A stretch of DNA of 64,000 nucleotides, taken from NCBI RefSeq assembly GCF_009914755.1, contig NC_060944.1; one strand, 5' to 3'. The notes beneath the pieces are model-generated. The model did no database searches. It saw only the letters and a list, made by a program, of their open reading frames with translations, and was not told the DNA's origin. Origin of the DNA: the human T2T-CHM13v2.0 reference genome, Homo sapiens. This document shows, one piece after another, positions 28,436-43,519 of this stretch; the stretch's first letter is position 1, and every line of letters starts with the position of its first letter. Both the position numbers and the translations under genes were made by a program.

Positions 28436-30756
28436 GAATGTCATGTTTTAGGTTAGCTCTTTGGTTACAAGCAACAAAGGCTCCACTCAGACTCACTTGG
28501 GGGCAGGGTTTTCACTCTGGTTGTACAGGAAGCCATACAAGGAATCCCAAGGAATCTGAGGTGTGCAGGCTGTGGGGCAGGTTCTTCCAGGGACCCATGG
28601 GGGCAAACCTGAATCTGGGTGGCTCAGAGTCCTCTGTACCAGGACTAGGAGGCTGTGTCTCACAGGTTCCTCCAGAAACTGCCCAGCAACTGGCTGCTCC
28701 CTACTTCTTCCTGTTGCACCAAACACTGGCAAATCCCTCCCATGTGTCTGGTACAAATGAGCCTAGTTGACCATGCTTGGATTTAATCCAGACCATAGGG
28801 GTTTTATGTCATTGACTTAGCCAGGAAGGGGATGCTCCTCAGTCAGATGCTTGGCCCTGGACCAGTCAGCCTGGGAGAGGCAGGACCACAGGGTGCCGAT
28901 GCTCCTGCTGTCCCCACAGTGCGGTGAGGGCAGGACAGGTTTTGCAGCTTCTCCTTTAAAAGGGAGCAGAGAGGCTGCTGCTGGGCCAGGTTCCCAACTG
29001 TGAACATCATATAGACAGACACTGTGCTGCGCTGAAGCAGACCTGGATGATTTTCAGGAGGAGAGGGTACAGACCCTCTGCCATAGAGCCCGGTCTCAGG
29101 CAGATGTGTTCTCTCCCCGAGTTGGGCAAGGCACATGTTGTGGCATTGCACAAGCCCTGTGTCCCCAAGGGGCCTTGAAGGAGAAGGAACACTCCCATGG
29201 GCTGAGGCCAGGCTTCCATGTAGGTCCTAGGAGCCAGAAGAGGGGCTCTTGCAGCTGCAGACCCAAGACAACAAAACTAAAAATATGTTGAATTTGCAAA
29301 GTAAAGAGAAACGGATGGGAGGTGTTGGGGGAGTAGGCCTTGCCCCTCTACAGTGTGAACCTGCAGGGTTTCCTCCATATCCCTCCCTCCTCCCAGCTGC
29401 ATGGCTGGAAACCAAGAGGAACTCAAAGAAAGATGGTGATGATGAGTGTTTCTGTGATAGGCATCACAACGGCAGAAGCAACTTCAAACTCAGAGGTTAA
29501 ATAATATATCATTGTGTGTATGCACCACATTTTGCTTATCCACAGCAGAATTTTTTTATTCAGGAGCCCCTGGAAATGGGTGCTCCACCAGTTTGGGGCT
29601 CTCTGAGCCCCCGATGGCCCTGTCTTCATGGAGGGTCCCCATCCTCACTCTGTTCACCTCTTCTCTTCTCTTTGGATAGCCTCAAATTTCATTTAGCCTC
29701 CAGCCATTGATTCTTCCATGGATTCAAGCCAGTCAACTCATCTCAGGCTGCACTGGGGTTAGGACACCTTTTGGAAGGTCAAAGGACTTTTATAATCCCT
29801 AATTGTCTGCTGCTCTTGACCAGCAGCTTCCTGCATCCCTACCCTCCAGAGGGTTTGAGCCACCAGAGACGTGGCCTCTAGATGCCCAGCCAGGATGCTG
29901 GACAACACCTACATGTGCCCACATTTTTTCAATCGTACAGGTCAACACGGTTTGCCAGCACCCAAAAGAGAAGGCAGAAGTGAGGATCCTGAAAAGCGGG
30001 CTGCTTTGTGGTTCAGCCCAGCACACTGAATGAGGACCAGCAAGTAAAGTGAGCTGGCTGCTCTCACAAGCCAGAGGTTTATTATGGCACCTCAGAAAAT
30101 TAAGGTGATGGTGTATTCCAATGTTTGTTTCATGAAATCTGTCAATGAAAATAATTAGAGGCAATGATCTTGAGGATAAATCAGAGCTAGGCAGAACACC
30201 ATTCTGCAGAATATAGATATACTGGAGATACAAGAGGCTCTTAATGGTCAGCCCCAGGGAGACACAGGAAAATCAAATGTTGTGTGAAGCCCTGTGACCC
30301 CAAGAGCTTGTCTATCAGAAGGCTTCCCTGCACTGCCATGTTCACAATGATGGAGGCGGCATTGCCTACTCAGTTCCTGAAGGTGAAACTGCCCCAGTGA
30401 AAAGTTAAAATGCACCTCACCTTCGGCAGAGCAGTCCTACTTCTCCATTCCCAGTCTAGGGAGATGCCTGCATGCAAGAACAAGAGGCGGCACACAGAAG
30501 GGGGTTCATTGCAGCATTTATGGTATTAGCAATAAAATTAAAATTAAACTAGAATACCACTCCTAGGTATATGGCCAAAAGGACTGAAAACAGGGACACA
30601 AGCAGATACTTGTACATGAGTGTTCATAGCAGTACCTCTTTCCAATAGCCAAACAGGGAAAATGAACCAGATGGCCACGATGGATGAATGGATGCACAAA
30701 TTGTGGTGTGTGCACACAAGGAAATATTATTTAGCCTTAAAAAGAAAGGATGTTCT

Positions 30757-31064
30757 GGCCGGGTGCAGTGGCTCACACCTGTAATCCCAGCACCTTGGGA
30801 GGTCAAGGCAGGTGGATCACCTGAGGTCAGGAGTTCCAAACTAGCCTGACATGGTGAAATCACGTCTCTACTAAAAATACAAAAATTAGCTGGGCACAGT
30901 GGCAATCCCAGCTACTCAGGAGGGTGAGGCAGGAGAGTCACCTGAATCTGGGAGGTGGAGGTTGCAGTGAACTGAGACCATGCCACTGCACCCAGCCTGG
31001 GTAACAAAGTGAGACTCTGTCTCGAAAGAAAGAAAGAAAGATAGAAAGAAAGAAAGAAACAAAG

Positions 31065-31117
<53 letters not shown>

Positions 31118-31125
31118 GGAAGGAA

Positions 31126-31190
<65 letters not shown>

Positions 31191-31359
31191 GAAGGAAGGA
31201 AGGAAGGAAGGAAGGAAGGAAGGAAGGAAGGAAGGAAGGAAGGGAGGGAGAAAGAGGGAGGGAGGGAGGGAGGGAGGGAAGGAAGGAAGGAAGGAAGGGA
31301 AGGAAGGAAGGAAGGAAGGAAGGAAGGAAGGAAGGAAGGAAGGGAGAGAGAGGGAAAGA
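30757..31359 (+). mobile_element. AluS with right-arm deletion and ~340-bp purine tail
   Basis: Alu body 30757-31023; TSD aagaaag...gttct at 30742-30756 and 31360-31374. Confidence 0.92.
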
Positions 31360-31366
31360 AAGAAAG
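31024..31366. repeat. Compound (GAAA)n(GA)n(GGAA)n(GGGA)n microsatellite
   Basis: Almost purely purine; GGAA runs of 13 (31190-31241), 5 and 11 (31298-31341). Confidence 0.97.
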
Positions 31367-31742
31367 TTAGTTCTGACACATGCTCCAATACGAGTAAACC
31401 TTGGAAGCATTAGGCTGAGTGAAATAAGCCAGTCACAAAAGGACAAATACTGTATGTTTCCACTTACATGAAGTACTTAGAATAAATAGGAAAATTCAAA
31501 CAGACAGAAAATAGAATGTTGGTTACCAGGAGCTGGAGGGAGGGAGGGAGGAATGGGGAGTTATTGCTTAATGGATACAGAGTTTATGCTTGGGACAATG
31601 AAAAAGTTCTAGAAATAGTGATGATGGTTCATAGGATTGTGAATGTATCAGATACCACTGAATTGTATGCTTAAAAATGGTGGAAATGGTAAATTTTGCA
31701 TTAGCTATATTTTACAAAAAAATACTGATCTGGAAGCAGCTT

Positions 31743-32104
31743 TGTCTTAGTTTGGGCTGTGGTAACAAGTTATCATAGACTCGGTGACTTCAGCAACAGA
31801 TATGGATTGCTCATGGTTCTAGAAGCTGCACACTCCAAGGTCAAGGCACTGGTGGATCTGCTGTGTAGGGAGATTCCTGATTTCCACTTCCTGATTTGCA
31901 GATGGTACCTTCTCTGCATCCTCACATAGCAGAAAGAGTGATAGAGCTCTCTGGCTTCTCCTTACAGGAGCACTAATCCCATTCATGAGCGCTCCCTTCT
32001 TACCTAACTACCTCCCAAAGTCCTCATCCCCTAACACCATCATCTTAGGAGTTAGTATTTCAGCCTGTGCATCCAGGAGGGACAAAAACATTCAGGCCAT
32101 AACA
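31743..32104 (-). mobile_element. MLT1A0-like solo LTR
   Basis: tgtcttagtttgggctg..cactaatcccattcatgag..acctcccaaag..acattcaggccataaca. Confidence 0.85.
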
Positions 32105-32160
32105 AGACTAAACTGCTCACCAGTAGGGAACTTGGGAGATAAGCCCTGGTACTTCTGCAG

Positions 32161-32362
32161 CAGGAGCAGGCACATATTTTCTAGAAAGGACCAGACAGTA
32201 AATGTGTTAGGTTTTGTTGGACATTCTGTTTCTGCCTTGTATTTTCTTTTGTATTTTTTTAACAACAGCTTAAAATGTAAAAACCATTCCTCATTGGAGG
32301 GCTGAGCAAAAACAGATTGATGGCAGGATTTGGCCTGTGAGCTGCAGTTTGCCGAACCCCTG
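32161..32362 (+). mobile_element. MER58 (MER58C-like) hAT MITE
   Basis: ccagacagtaaat..aaatgtaaaaaccattc..ggatttggcc..gtttgccgaacccctg terminus. Confidence 0.8.
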
Positions 32363-34439
32363 GTCTATGCTATGAAAAATTATGTCAATGACAAAGAATT
32401 CAGTACTTTTATAGGTACTGATACTGAAAGATTTCCAAGATATACTGTGACAAAAACAACTTGCAAAGTGATATAGTGTGGTGTGATCCTATCTATGGAA
32501 AAACAGAAATACATATCTTTACATGTGCGTATCTGCCTGCCAATGAACTGGGCTTGGGTGAAGGTCAAGGCGAATTTCTGTATTACCTTACATTTTTGCA
32601 CTTTTAATAAGCTTAAAAAAATTACTTGCACAATTCGAAATGATTGTTGCAAAAATTATGAAAGAAGGGATTCAGATTTGCATTACAACAGTGGTTTTCT
32701 CTACTTGGGAAACCCCGTGATTCTCTTCGTAAGCCATATGACCCCAGTGTTCTACCCTGACATCCAGGGGAAATGCTTTGCCCAGAGAAGTAGAGAACAT
32801 TTTTACAGCTGATGGCTCTGAGACCTTAATACATTCCCATAATGCCCAGTTTCTACTTCTTTCCACTCCTAGACATAAAACGAAGATATTTATGGACACC
32901 ACAGGGTATTGCAATTGTTAATTGGGGCGTCCTTGGAGGGCTGAGAGGGCTCAGTCCTGTGCTTTTCTACAGAATGCCTCTCTCTAAGGAAGGCACTAGT
33001 TAATGATTGGCTTTAATTTTATGACCTGGGGCCCGGGTGTCAAGTAAACAGTTTTACAACCACTTTAACATAAGCTAGATGGGCAGATGACTTACTGAGC
33101 CTCTCCCAGAACACAAGCGCATTTCTTTTCTCCTTTCCTACTGGCAGGGCAAAAACCCAAGCTCTTTCATGCGCTATTCAAGCAGGCTGCAGCCTCAGGG
33201 GTGATGCACGAAGGGCTCAGGTCACTGTGTTTCTTTGGAGGGTGAAGGTGAACAGTCTTCTCTGATATGCTCCTTCTCCCTCGGGGTAGGTGTGTCTGCC
33301 ATGCAAACAGGTTGCTCATCTGCCACCAGGCCCCTAATGAGCCCAACCCTCCTCTGAGCAGCTTGCTCCAACCCCAGCCCTGTTGTCAAGTCAGGCCCCT
33401 GCTCATAAAACTCTCTCCAGTGAGCTGTGACACACATGAAGGTACACATTTACAGGGAAACCTGTAAATCAGGGAAATCGGGACAGCCCCACACCCCTTC
33501 TCAAGGCCACTTAAAGTAGCAAAGGTGCGGCACTGGACTCAGCCTTGCGTTGGTCTCTGCACAGACTCAGGTAATCATCGCTGGCCTGGGAGGACGCGGC
33601 CCTCGAAGAGTTTTGGAGCATCTCCACACTTAGATGTTCAATGCCTCACGTCTACTGGGAGGTATGTGAAGTCTTTGACCCCACTTCTCAGATTGGAAAC
33701 CAAGGCTGTGCATTGATGTTACTGGCCAAAGCCACAGAATGTGGGCAGAAGTCAGACTCACCAGGGAGTTTTCCTCCAGTGTGAACAGCTTTTCCTCCTC
33801 TAAAGTTCCTTCTTAAAGGAAGCAGGTAAAGAAACAGCTATAGATGTGTGCACTAACCTCTCTGAAATCACTGCAATTCAACTAGTTTTAAGGAACAATT
33901 ACGACTCTACTGCTAAGCTTTGTATCTTCATTTGTAAATTCATAATAGTAATAGATCTCCCTGAAACTCTGGTTTCAAGGATTCAATGAGATAACATTAG
34001 GGGAATACTTAGAATACATAATGCCTATTAACTAAATCATGGTGGCTGCTATTTCTGTGATTGTGGAATTTGAATTCTTGTCATCTTTTTGGAAACCAAT
34101 GGGGAAAGAACATTGAGAAACCATGGCCCACTCCATTGTGTGTGTGGATCCCTGTGCCTGCCTCAGTCCTCAGGAAGCCCAGAAAAGGCCAGCAGCTTCC
34201 TTCTAGAAAGAGCCAAAAGCCACCTTCTTGGAGGCATCTGGTCCAGCACATCCCACGACGGAATCAGATTAAATCCTTCCTGTTAAGTTATTCACTTTCC
34301 CTATGGGCTGTTGCTGCAAATGCTGCGTTCACCCTGGAAGGACCAAACGTTTTGCTTTTTCTTGTGTTGTAGGTTGTTTGCTTTTGTTACAAAATAATCC
34401 ACACCAGCTGTAATAAATACAGAAAATATAAATGTAGAT

Positions 34440-34975
34440 AAAAACTCCATCCATATACCTCAATACCATCCACACAGATAAAAGCAGAGAACTGATGCAT
34501 GTGTGACCTTCCAGACAAATGCTGTGATGTGTGCACATATACATACATGTGCACGGGCATGCATACGTGCACCTGCACACATGCATACACTCATGCACAG
34601 GTATGCACACAGGGACACATGCACAGAGACACACACATGGACACAGAGGGACACACACAGACACACACACGGAAAATTTGATTTCCTACTGTCTTTCCTT
34701 GACAATATTAAGATTACACATGCACATCATCCTAAGATTTGCTTTCCACATTTGACCATACTGGTGACCCTTCCATGTCAGAGCACAGGATCAACCACAT
34801 TCTTTCTCACTGCTGCAACACATTCCATATGAATATACCTCAATTTATATAACTGCTTCTGCACTCCTATACATTGCAATATAATGACCCCCAGCGATTT
34901 CCTAATACAAATGGTGCTGAGATGAATCCTTTTAAAATACATCATTGTACATTCAAGCTGTTATTTCTATAGACT
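34440..34975 (-). mobile_element. Old L1ME-like fragment containing (CA)-rich simple repeat at 34525-34670
   Basis: cattctttctcactgctgca..cattccatatgaatatacc..atttatataac L1M 3' motifs. Confidence 0.5.
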
Positions 34976-35487
34976 AGAACAGATCTGTAAACTTAAGAAA
35001 CGGACTGCCTGCGTAAGAACTCTTCACTCGAAGTTAAAGTCTTCCAAAGAAATGGGCACGCCATGTTAAAGCAACCACCTGCCTATCTCTCACCCAGACA
35101 CCAGCCTCTGAAGGTTCCACTTATCTGAAATATTCCCATAGGCTGTCTACCTTAATTAGCCTCAACAGAAAATTATTTGACAAGTTACATGTTGTCATAA
35201 TTTGCTTGAGACTTTGGGAAGAGGTGACATAATGTTGTGACAAGGTACTGTAACACTTGGAAAATCTTAACGCCCCATGTGTGCCCCTGGTCACAAATTC
35301 CCAGCCCAGCCTGGGCTCACACGCACTGCAGCATCTTCGCCAGAGACAGATTGCATCTACTTAGGTCGAGCTGCAGTTTTCAAGAAGACACTAAATCATG
35401 ACACATTACTTCTCACCTTGCTGAATTTGTGAACAGGATACAACATATCTTGCCTTCGAAATAGCCAATTAGAAATATAGAAAGAAG

Positions 35488-35834
<347 letters not shown>

Positions 35835-38800
35835 CTAGCCATTTTTCCCTCCTATTTTAGAAGAATAAAATATTCCAATTAAGACTTAGTAACTAAATAA
35901 TATGGTCTAGAACTATCTATGAACTTCACGGGGTTCTCCCACTCACCCTGTACAACAACAAAATGTGCTTTAGTCTTCACAATGAGAATTACAGAAGCAA
36001 CTGCATCAGACAAAGACAGGGCTGCATTTTTTCTTCCAACCCACTAGGCCCAGATTCATGCGTGGAAGCTTAATTTATTTTGCAAAGTGAGTGTCATCAC
36101 AGCCTGAAGTGTTTAAAAATCACTCATTCCATCTAATTAGATCTTTCAGTAGCTCCGAAAGTTAATATTATACCAATTGTGGCACTAATGAGCATCATGA
36201 TCTTGTGTGTCACGGAGACAAGCCCCACATAGATACCTCGACATCTGGACATGTGTGTGGTATCAGGAGAGAGCACTGTTCAACCTCATTTTTGTGACTT
36301 TATTGAGGGGCGAGTAGCCCATCTTAACAAGATCACATGATGTCTGAGTGCTGTGGCCATTTAGCTTGCTATATTTGAGGAGAAAAAGGAAAAAATGTAT
36401 AACCAAGCATGATTTAACAGAACTGACATGCCATTTATTCAACTTTTTTCAAAACCCCATGTTTTCAGCATTGACCTCATTAAAAAACCTCTAAGCGGGG
36501 TGAGGATCTAGGTCCTGTATATATTAATAAAATCATGGATTTTCACGGAGCCAACTTTTGTCTGGCATCAGGGAACCTAACAACACTCTGTGAAAACATG
36601 GCTCATGTCAATTTCCAGTGTACCACTGTTAATATCCAATTTCGAGAGCACGTCTTTTATTTGTAAAAACAAATTGCTAGAAAAAGCATTTGCCACTGGC
36701 ATTCTGTGTTTCTAGTTCTACCATGATCCTCATGGAAAATTTATAGGAAATATTTTTCTAAATTCCTCTGCATCCCATATAGTATGGATGTTTATTATAT
36801 ATTTAGAAACATATATGGCTTGATTAATTTTTTAAATGACAGCCCATGAATTTAAAATGAGGTTACTCTGGGGTGCACAAATTAAATAGCTTCCAATGAA
36901 GGATTAAAAATGGAATGTAAAGAGGGTAGAAGCTATGGACCTACTGCAACACACAAGCTTGAATTATCTTTAGCATTTGGTGTGGGGCCCTCTCAATCAA
37001 CAGCCACAAGCCATAAAGCTGCAGCCTCTGTAGGTTGGGGAGGTAATAAGAATGACTCTGGGAATTAAAGCAAGGAAATTAAGGACATTTGCAGGAGAGT
37101 TTAAGGAAACCAATCGTTCTCTGGAATTATTGATTGAATGATAAGTCAAGTAATATTAGCATCAAGTAGAGAGTGCACACCCAACAAGTAAATAAAAGAA
37201 CGATGCATTTTAAATGCAATTGTTTCAAAGGGCACTAAGCAATCACTCTATTAAATACAATGCTTGGTGCTGAATGCATTTAAATCTCCCAGTATGTCTG
37301 TGTGTGCATATAAAGTATTGCAAAACAGAACCAAAAGCAAGTCGAATAATAATGTGAGCAGGTCCTGAGATAACCTGTCAAATCAGGCTGCTGATATCAC
37401 AATTTGGGTGACAGCAGATCATGAGGCAAAGCCATAAATGAGGTAATGAAGTATTAGCAGAAACAAGGTAAAATGTGTGAATATAAAAGCCACGCTGTCC
37501 AGGGCAGGCGCTCAGAGTAATTAACCTGTCAAGGATGCAGCTCAAGGAAGTGTTTGGGTCCAACGTGATCAAGGAACAAGCCAGGGTCCCCAGCCTGCCA
37601 GCAAGGGGCGGCCCGCTGGTTCGTTGTGCTTCACTTTCACAGTGCTTTTTGCCTTTTTCATTTTTTAATGACCTGCTGATATTTAAAACTTAGGCGATTT
37701 CACTTAAATATAAAAAAAGAATTCCTGGCTTTTCATAGAAATTTCAGATCTAATAGCTCTGTGGCTACCTTCCCACACCACTGGAATTGGCTATAGCTAC
37801 AGAGAACGGGAGAAGGGGGTTTTTCTTTCTCTGCTCTGCACACCCAGTGAATTCTGCTTCCTCACACACCCTGACCCCAGGACACTTGATTTTGAGACTT
37901 CTTGTGCAAGAGGACCCCGAATATGAGTGAACTATCTTCCCTAATAGGCCAGTAGGGTTTACCAGGATATGGCTGAGCAGTTGAAAAACGCAGACTTTCC
38001 AGGCCCCGATGAATTTATATGCAGAGGTGGCTTTCTTTATATATCATTGTAAAGATTATATAAAGATTATAAGAGTTTGTGTGCTCCATGCTGTATGAGG
38101 AGAAAATCAATTTCTCATTCTTCTAAAAAGCTCACAATGCAACTGGAATTTTCCCTGAACCAAGTAAACAAAAGTGTCATTTAACTTGAATGGGGAAAAG
38201 GTGTTAGAAAAAGTCTTTATCGTTCTACTTTCAACTTTCCTATTATTATCTAAGTTTGACTGATTTTTCAAGGGGTGGCTACGATGAAGCCATCCTTCGG
38301 AGTTTATAATAGAAACGCTATATAATTTAAATCGCCAGTGAAAGACTGGAGCCACGCAGTTAGGAAACTGATTTTGTTGTTGTTGTTGTCATTTCTTTTC
38401 TAGGGAAGGTTCAGCCCTACATGGTGCCTACTTCTTAGCCTGACAATGGGGTATCCAGCGGGTGAAGCAGTTGAGAAGTGGGCAGTCGACCTTGGCTTTG
38501 CCCTCCTCCCCTGATGTAGACCCCGAGGTGCCCCACTGAAGATGCCTTTGGGATGGAAAACAAGCTCTTTGAAGATTGTTTCCCAATTCTTACATTTGAG
38601 GCCAGGAGGAAGTTCCGAGGTAGCCTAGAGCCCTGTCACTGTTACAAGATTCCTTCCCAGAGGACTGGTCTACACATCTGGGAGAAAACAGGCTTCAGAA
38701 ACCATCCACTCTGTGATGGCTGCTCTGGCTTATTGACGTGCAATTGATCTGACATGCCTTATTGGCATGCAGCGGGTCATTCCACACACCCCGAGTGCGG

Positions 38801-39932
38801 TGGCAGGCTGCATAGCATGCTTGGCACACTGCCCGGCACTCAGGTAATGATGGATGCGTGCTGGCTTAACTGCTGAGAAGCCACTAAATAACAGCCATTA
38901 ACGGGTGAGGAGTTCAAATCTGGGTGCTCCTCTGTGTGTGTCGGAAAAGTTATTTGGTCACTAAGCCTAATTTATAAAATTAGAATACTGACTTTTACAT
39001 TGCAAGCATTCCATGAGATAACATGCAAAGTGTAGCCCAAGGCAAGCATATAACTATTATTATTTGTTGTTGTCGTTGTTGTTATTATTATTACCACAAG
39101 ACATAATCTGATTTCTTATCTTTCAAGGACCCATCTTTCAGGAATTGGCCGGACGTGGGCAAATAAATTGGATATCTATTGATCAGCACTCCTGCCAATA
39201 ACTTGGAACATCATTTCCCAGTCAATGATTTCACAAATGAAGACACTGCAAAATAGTGTTCGTTGCCTGTCCACTGTAGGAACTGATTCTAAATGTTCAC
39301 TTCAGTGTGCCTGCCAGAGGAATACAAACCCGATACGGGTGTACTGGCCACGCGTTGGAGAGACGAAAAGGCTTACTGAACATTCTTAGTAAATGTGCCA
39401 TTTGTTCCTGGTGGGTGAAGCATTTCATGATTCATGCAATATTGTAAATTTTTATTTTCTTTACATAGACTTGGCTTTTATTGTAATTCCTACTCTTGGG
39501 GGAAGGTAATATGGATTCATCCAAGTTAATAAAGCCTCTTGGAGATAACATCTCCAGGACTCAAGGCCATTCTCAGGGTACAATTAAGACATTTGTTTGC
39601 TTGGTATTCACCACGAAGATCCAAGGTTGCCATCATGCTAAGTCACTGCATGCATTTCATGACATGAACACGAGCTTTGCATACCATTTCAGGCAGGACA
39701 GCGATCACAGTGGAGTCACCGTTAGAGAAGCTGAGAGGTTCTTTGGAACAAACTACAGGCCATGAATAAGAGTAACAAGTGTGCCACCTCATTAGAAGGT
39801 AGGGCAGTTCAGAGGACACCGAGCCCTGGACCAAAGGTTCAGGCCACAGCATGCATCACTGCATTCCACACACCCTGCTTTGCCCCGGAGCTTGGAGGTA
39901 AATCTGGAGAGAAGAAAGAGCCGTGGTTTTCT

Positions 39933-40405
<473 letters not shown>

Positions 40406-42893
40406 TGACAGAGCAGCACACGCATGAGACTCATCACTTGCATACGCAGGCATCCCACCCACCCAAGCTTGGCAGGCTCAACAGAGCACATTTTGTCCTT
40501 ATAATTCTCCATCTCACCAACAAATCTCCGAAGGTTTCTCCTGTTCCTTGGTATATAGAGGTTTTGATCCGAGATTCCAGCTGATGACTTCATTCTTGAA
40601 GAATGAGCACTAGCTGTTTCAGGTTTTTCTGGAATTCATGTAATGCAAACAGTAATTCATGTAATGAGCTATTGCTTCCTCAATATGTTTGGAGGAAATA
40701 ACCTTTCATTTGAACTCCAGAATTTTCTCCTGATCAGCAAAGAGCTGGCGTCAGCCTTCCGGGTGAACAGTATTCTGTTAAGTTGAATGCCCCAAGCCCA
40801 TGCCCCTAAGCTCCCTCACGCCTTACAGAGATGCACCATCTGCTTCCAGACATTCCAAAGGGGACGTCTGTGCCTCCTGGGTTGTTGGTCATATCTTAGC
40901 CACTTCTGTGAGTGAAGAAATATTTCGAAAGCTGCCAAGTCCACCTTCCTCATTCCGCATGTATGAAGAATTCATTGAGGTTGCTATTTGTCAAGAGGCT
41001 GCAAACATTTCCTATCATTTGTCTCAATCCATGCTTCTGTTTCAACACCCGTCACAGAAATCCACAGTCTCAGTTGCTTTAAGCCCCTCATCCTCCTGCC
41101 TTTTCCACTCAAACCAGAATTATCCATCATTTATTTTCTAAGAACAGAAAAGATGTCACTGCCATTGGTGCTATCAGTTTCTACAAATATATTGTGTACC
41201 TTACAGGAGGACAGTATAATTTTTGGCCAGCGGAAGTTTCATCGTAGCACTCTAGCTATAATCTCAAATTAGTCAATGCAGCAGAGCACAGTCTGCTATG
41301 CAGGATGAGGTTTATGTTTTCAGAATACACATTTGGGCGTGTAATTGTTGTAATAGTAGTGTGAAGTTTTAGCCATGTCTGTGGGTGTTGATTTGTTCCA
41401 ATGTAGTATCTAAATGCTTACATTACATCATGGCTGTGCAGCAGAACGGAGACATGTAATAGCTATTTGGAATATGTGTTCTGTCTAGATAGCTGAACTA
41501 AAAATCAGTAGGGTTTTTTTGTTTTGTTTTGTTTGCAGGGGAGAGTAGGATGTTACTGATTTTAAAATCATTATTAGTTTTCATTTTGCTTTTCAATTGG
41601 CTGGCAAATTCTGTCTTCATTCAGGTCCATAACAATTGTCTTACGTACACTCCTTCGGGAGACAGCAACTGGGAATTTAACTGTGACAAGGCAGGCGTCA
41701 GAACGGTGTCTTTCCAAACAGCTCGAGTCTCCTTGTCATTGAAAATCTCAAACTCTATCGCTGTAAAAAGGTGAGATAAAAAAGGCAGCTGGCGCATCCA
41801 TTTCCATGTGTTTTATCCTTTCATAATACCTGGTTATTTAAAAGGAGCATGATCAAACCTCAGGACTGGTACCTGACAGCAACCCTGAGAAAGTTAAGCC
41901 CCTTCCAGACAACTCGAATAAAGAAGATTATTCCTATTAAGGTATCAAATCATATCAATAAAGCTGCGTGGCTCTCAGATGTCACGGATGGAACTACGGG
42001 AGTGATTAAGGGGTTAAGCTGGCTCTCCCCGGGTTAGTGGCATCTCGTCAGCGGCATGAGGGAACCTGGTTGCTGGGAGGGGCCCTTTCCCTCCCAGGTC
42101 AGGCCACCCCTGTCTATCAGGCAAATACAATAGGAATTACTTAATTTAACACCGTTTCAGTTCTAATTGAATCCCATTTTCTAAATCCTGAATAAATACA
42201 ACTGCTGCTTCGGTCAAACGGAGAGAAATAGCCATCTTTTAATGACTCCCCTGTGGATTTAATGCCTATTCTATCCGTGAGAATAATGATTCCAACATCC
42301 CTGGAATACATTGAAGGGATAATGGTTATTTAAACATGCCAAGTCTTTATAGAGCAGATAAATATTTTAATTTGCATTTATGAAAATCAAAAAGTAAGCA
42401 TGGGAGCAGGAACCAGTTTGTCTACTTCCCCAGTCATCAAAACCACAGAGTGGCAGGTTCACAACGTGGGAGCGCAAGAGAAACTCGGCACCATCAACCC
42501 TACCATGATTGTTTCCCAGTAGGACCTGCCGCTGACCCACCTGCCCCCACCAGCGAGCTGGAGAGGGCTCCTGAAACCAGCACATCTGGCCACGCCCTTG
42601 CCTGGCTTTTAGCCCTCACTGGCTTCCCATTGCTCTGACGCTGGCGACCAAAAGGACCTACTTAGTTGCCATGGCCCCTGCTCGGCCCTTGGGCCTTGAC
42701 ACCACCACATCCCTAGCACTCTGTGTTCTCCCAGTGCCCGGGGCCTTGGCATGTGCCTGACTGTCTGTCTGTGACCTCACATGCACACGCTCCACAATTT
42801 GTAGTCATTACGTTCATTGATGCCATTATTCGATCAATGTTTGCCTCTCCTGCCAGGCAGTGAATTAGGAACCTTGTCTATTTTGTTCAATAT

Positions 42894-43479
42894 TGTTATA
42901 TGTAAAAATGTTTATTTAGAAATAGAATGCTTGTTCCCCGGTGCCACATAGAAATAGCATTTGAACATAAATTTAATTGTTTTAGCAAAGCAATTTTTAT
43001 TTTCTGCAGAAAAGGTGCTCATTGCAGACGGAATAATGGTGAGAACAGACCGGAAGAAAGGAAAAGCAGATGTGTTTATTCCTTACGCATTTTGTCTTTG
43101 CTACTGTGTCCTGTCTTTATTGGCTGGAGACAGACCTTACACTCTAAACTAAAACCCGATTGGCTAACAGTTTAAAACATTTGTAAATAGGTTAAAGCAA
43201 TGGAAAGATAAAGGAAAAGAGGAAGCTTCTTACCAAAGGACTTAGAAAAGGAATAACATTCCTAAATAAGGAAGGGGCATAGGCTGGGAGCTGAGACATG
43301 CGTGTGAGCACGTCCAGCACAGATATTTTAGCTAAAGTACAAGGACTTAGAATGCACTACGGGCCTGTGAGCATGTCTAGCATAAAGGTAGTCTTTAAAA
43401 GAAACTATTATTTATAACACTTATGATTTATTCTTTAACAAGAAGGGAAACTTTGAAGAGGAACTTCTTATTTTCTACA
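42894..43479 (-). mobile_element. 3' LTR (LTR10 family, LTR10C-like)
   Basis: Sense start TGTAGAAAATAAGAAGTTCCTCTTCAAAGTTTCCCTTCTTGTTAAAG; follows the PPT. Confidence 0.88.
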
Positions 43480-43519
43480 ATTTTTTCTTTTTTTATAGTT
43501 TTTTTAACCTTTTTTTAAT

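Larger units (their letters stand above)
30545..31722 (+). mobile_element. L1MB 3' end interrupted by an Alu
   Basis: ccactcctaggtatat..gatgaatggat..gtgaaataagccagtcacaaaaggacaaatactgtatg..aaaatggt. Confidence 0.85.

Noticed and set aside
30912-31446. Long FLPS/FLSF ORFs
   Set aside because: Antisense translation of the purine microsatellite and Alu
38751-38773. p53-like pair TGACATGCCT-tat-TGGCATGCAG
   Set aside because: 3-bp spacer and several mismatches; too weak without ChIP data
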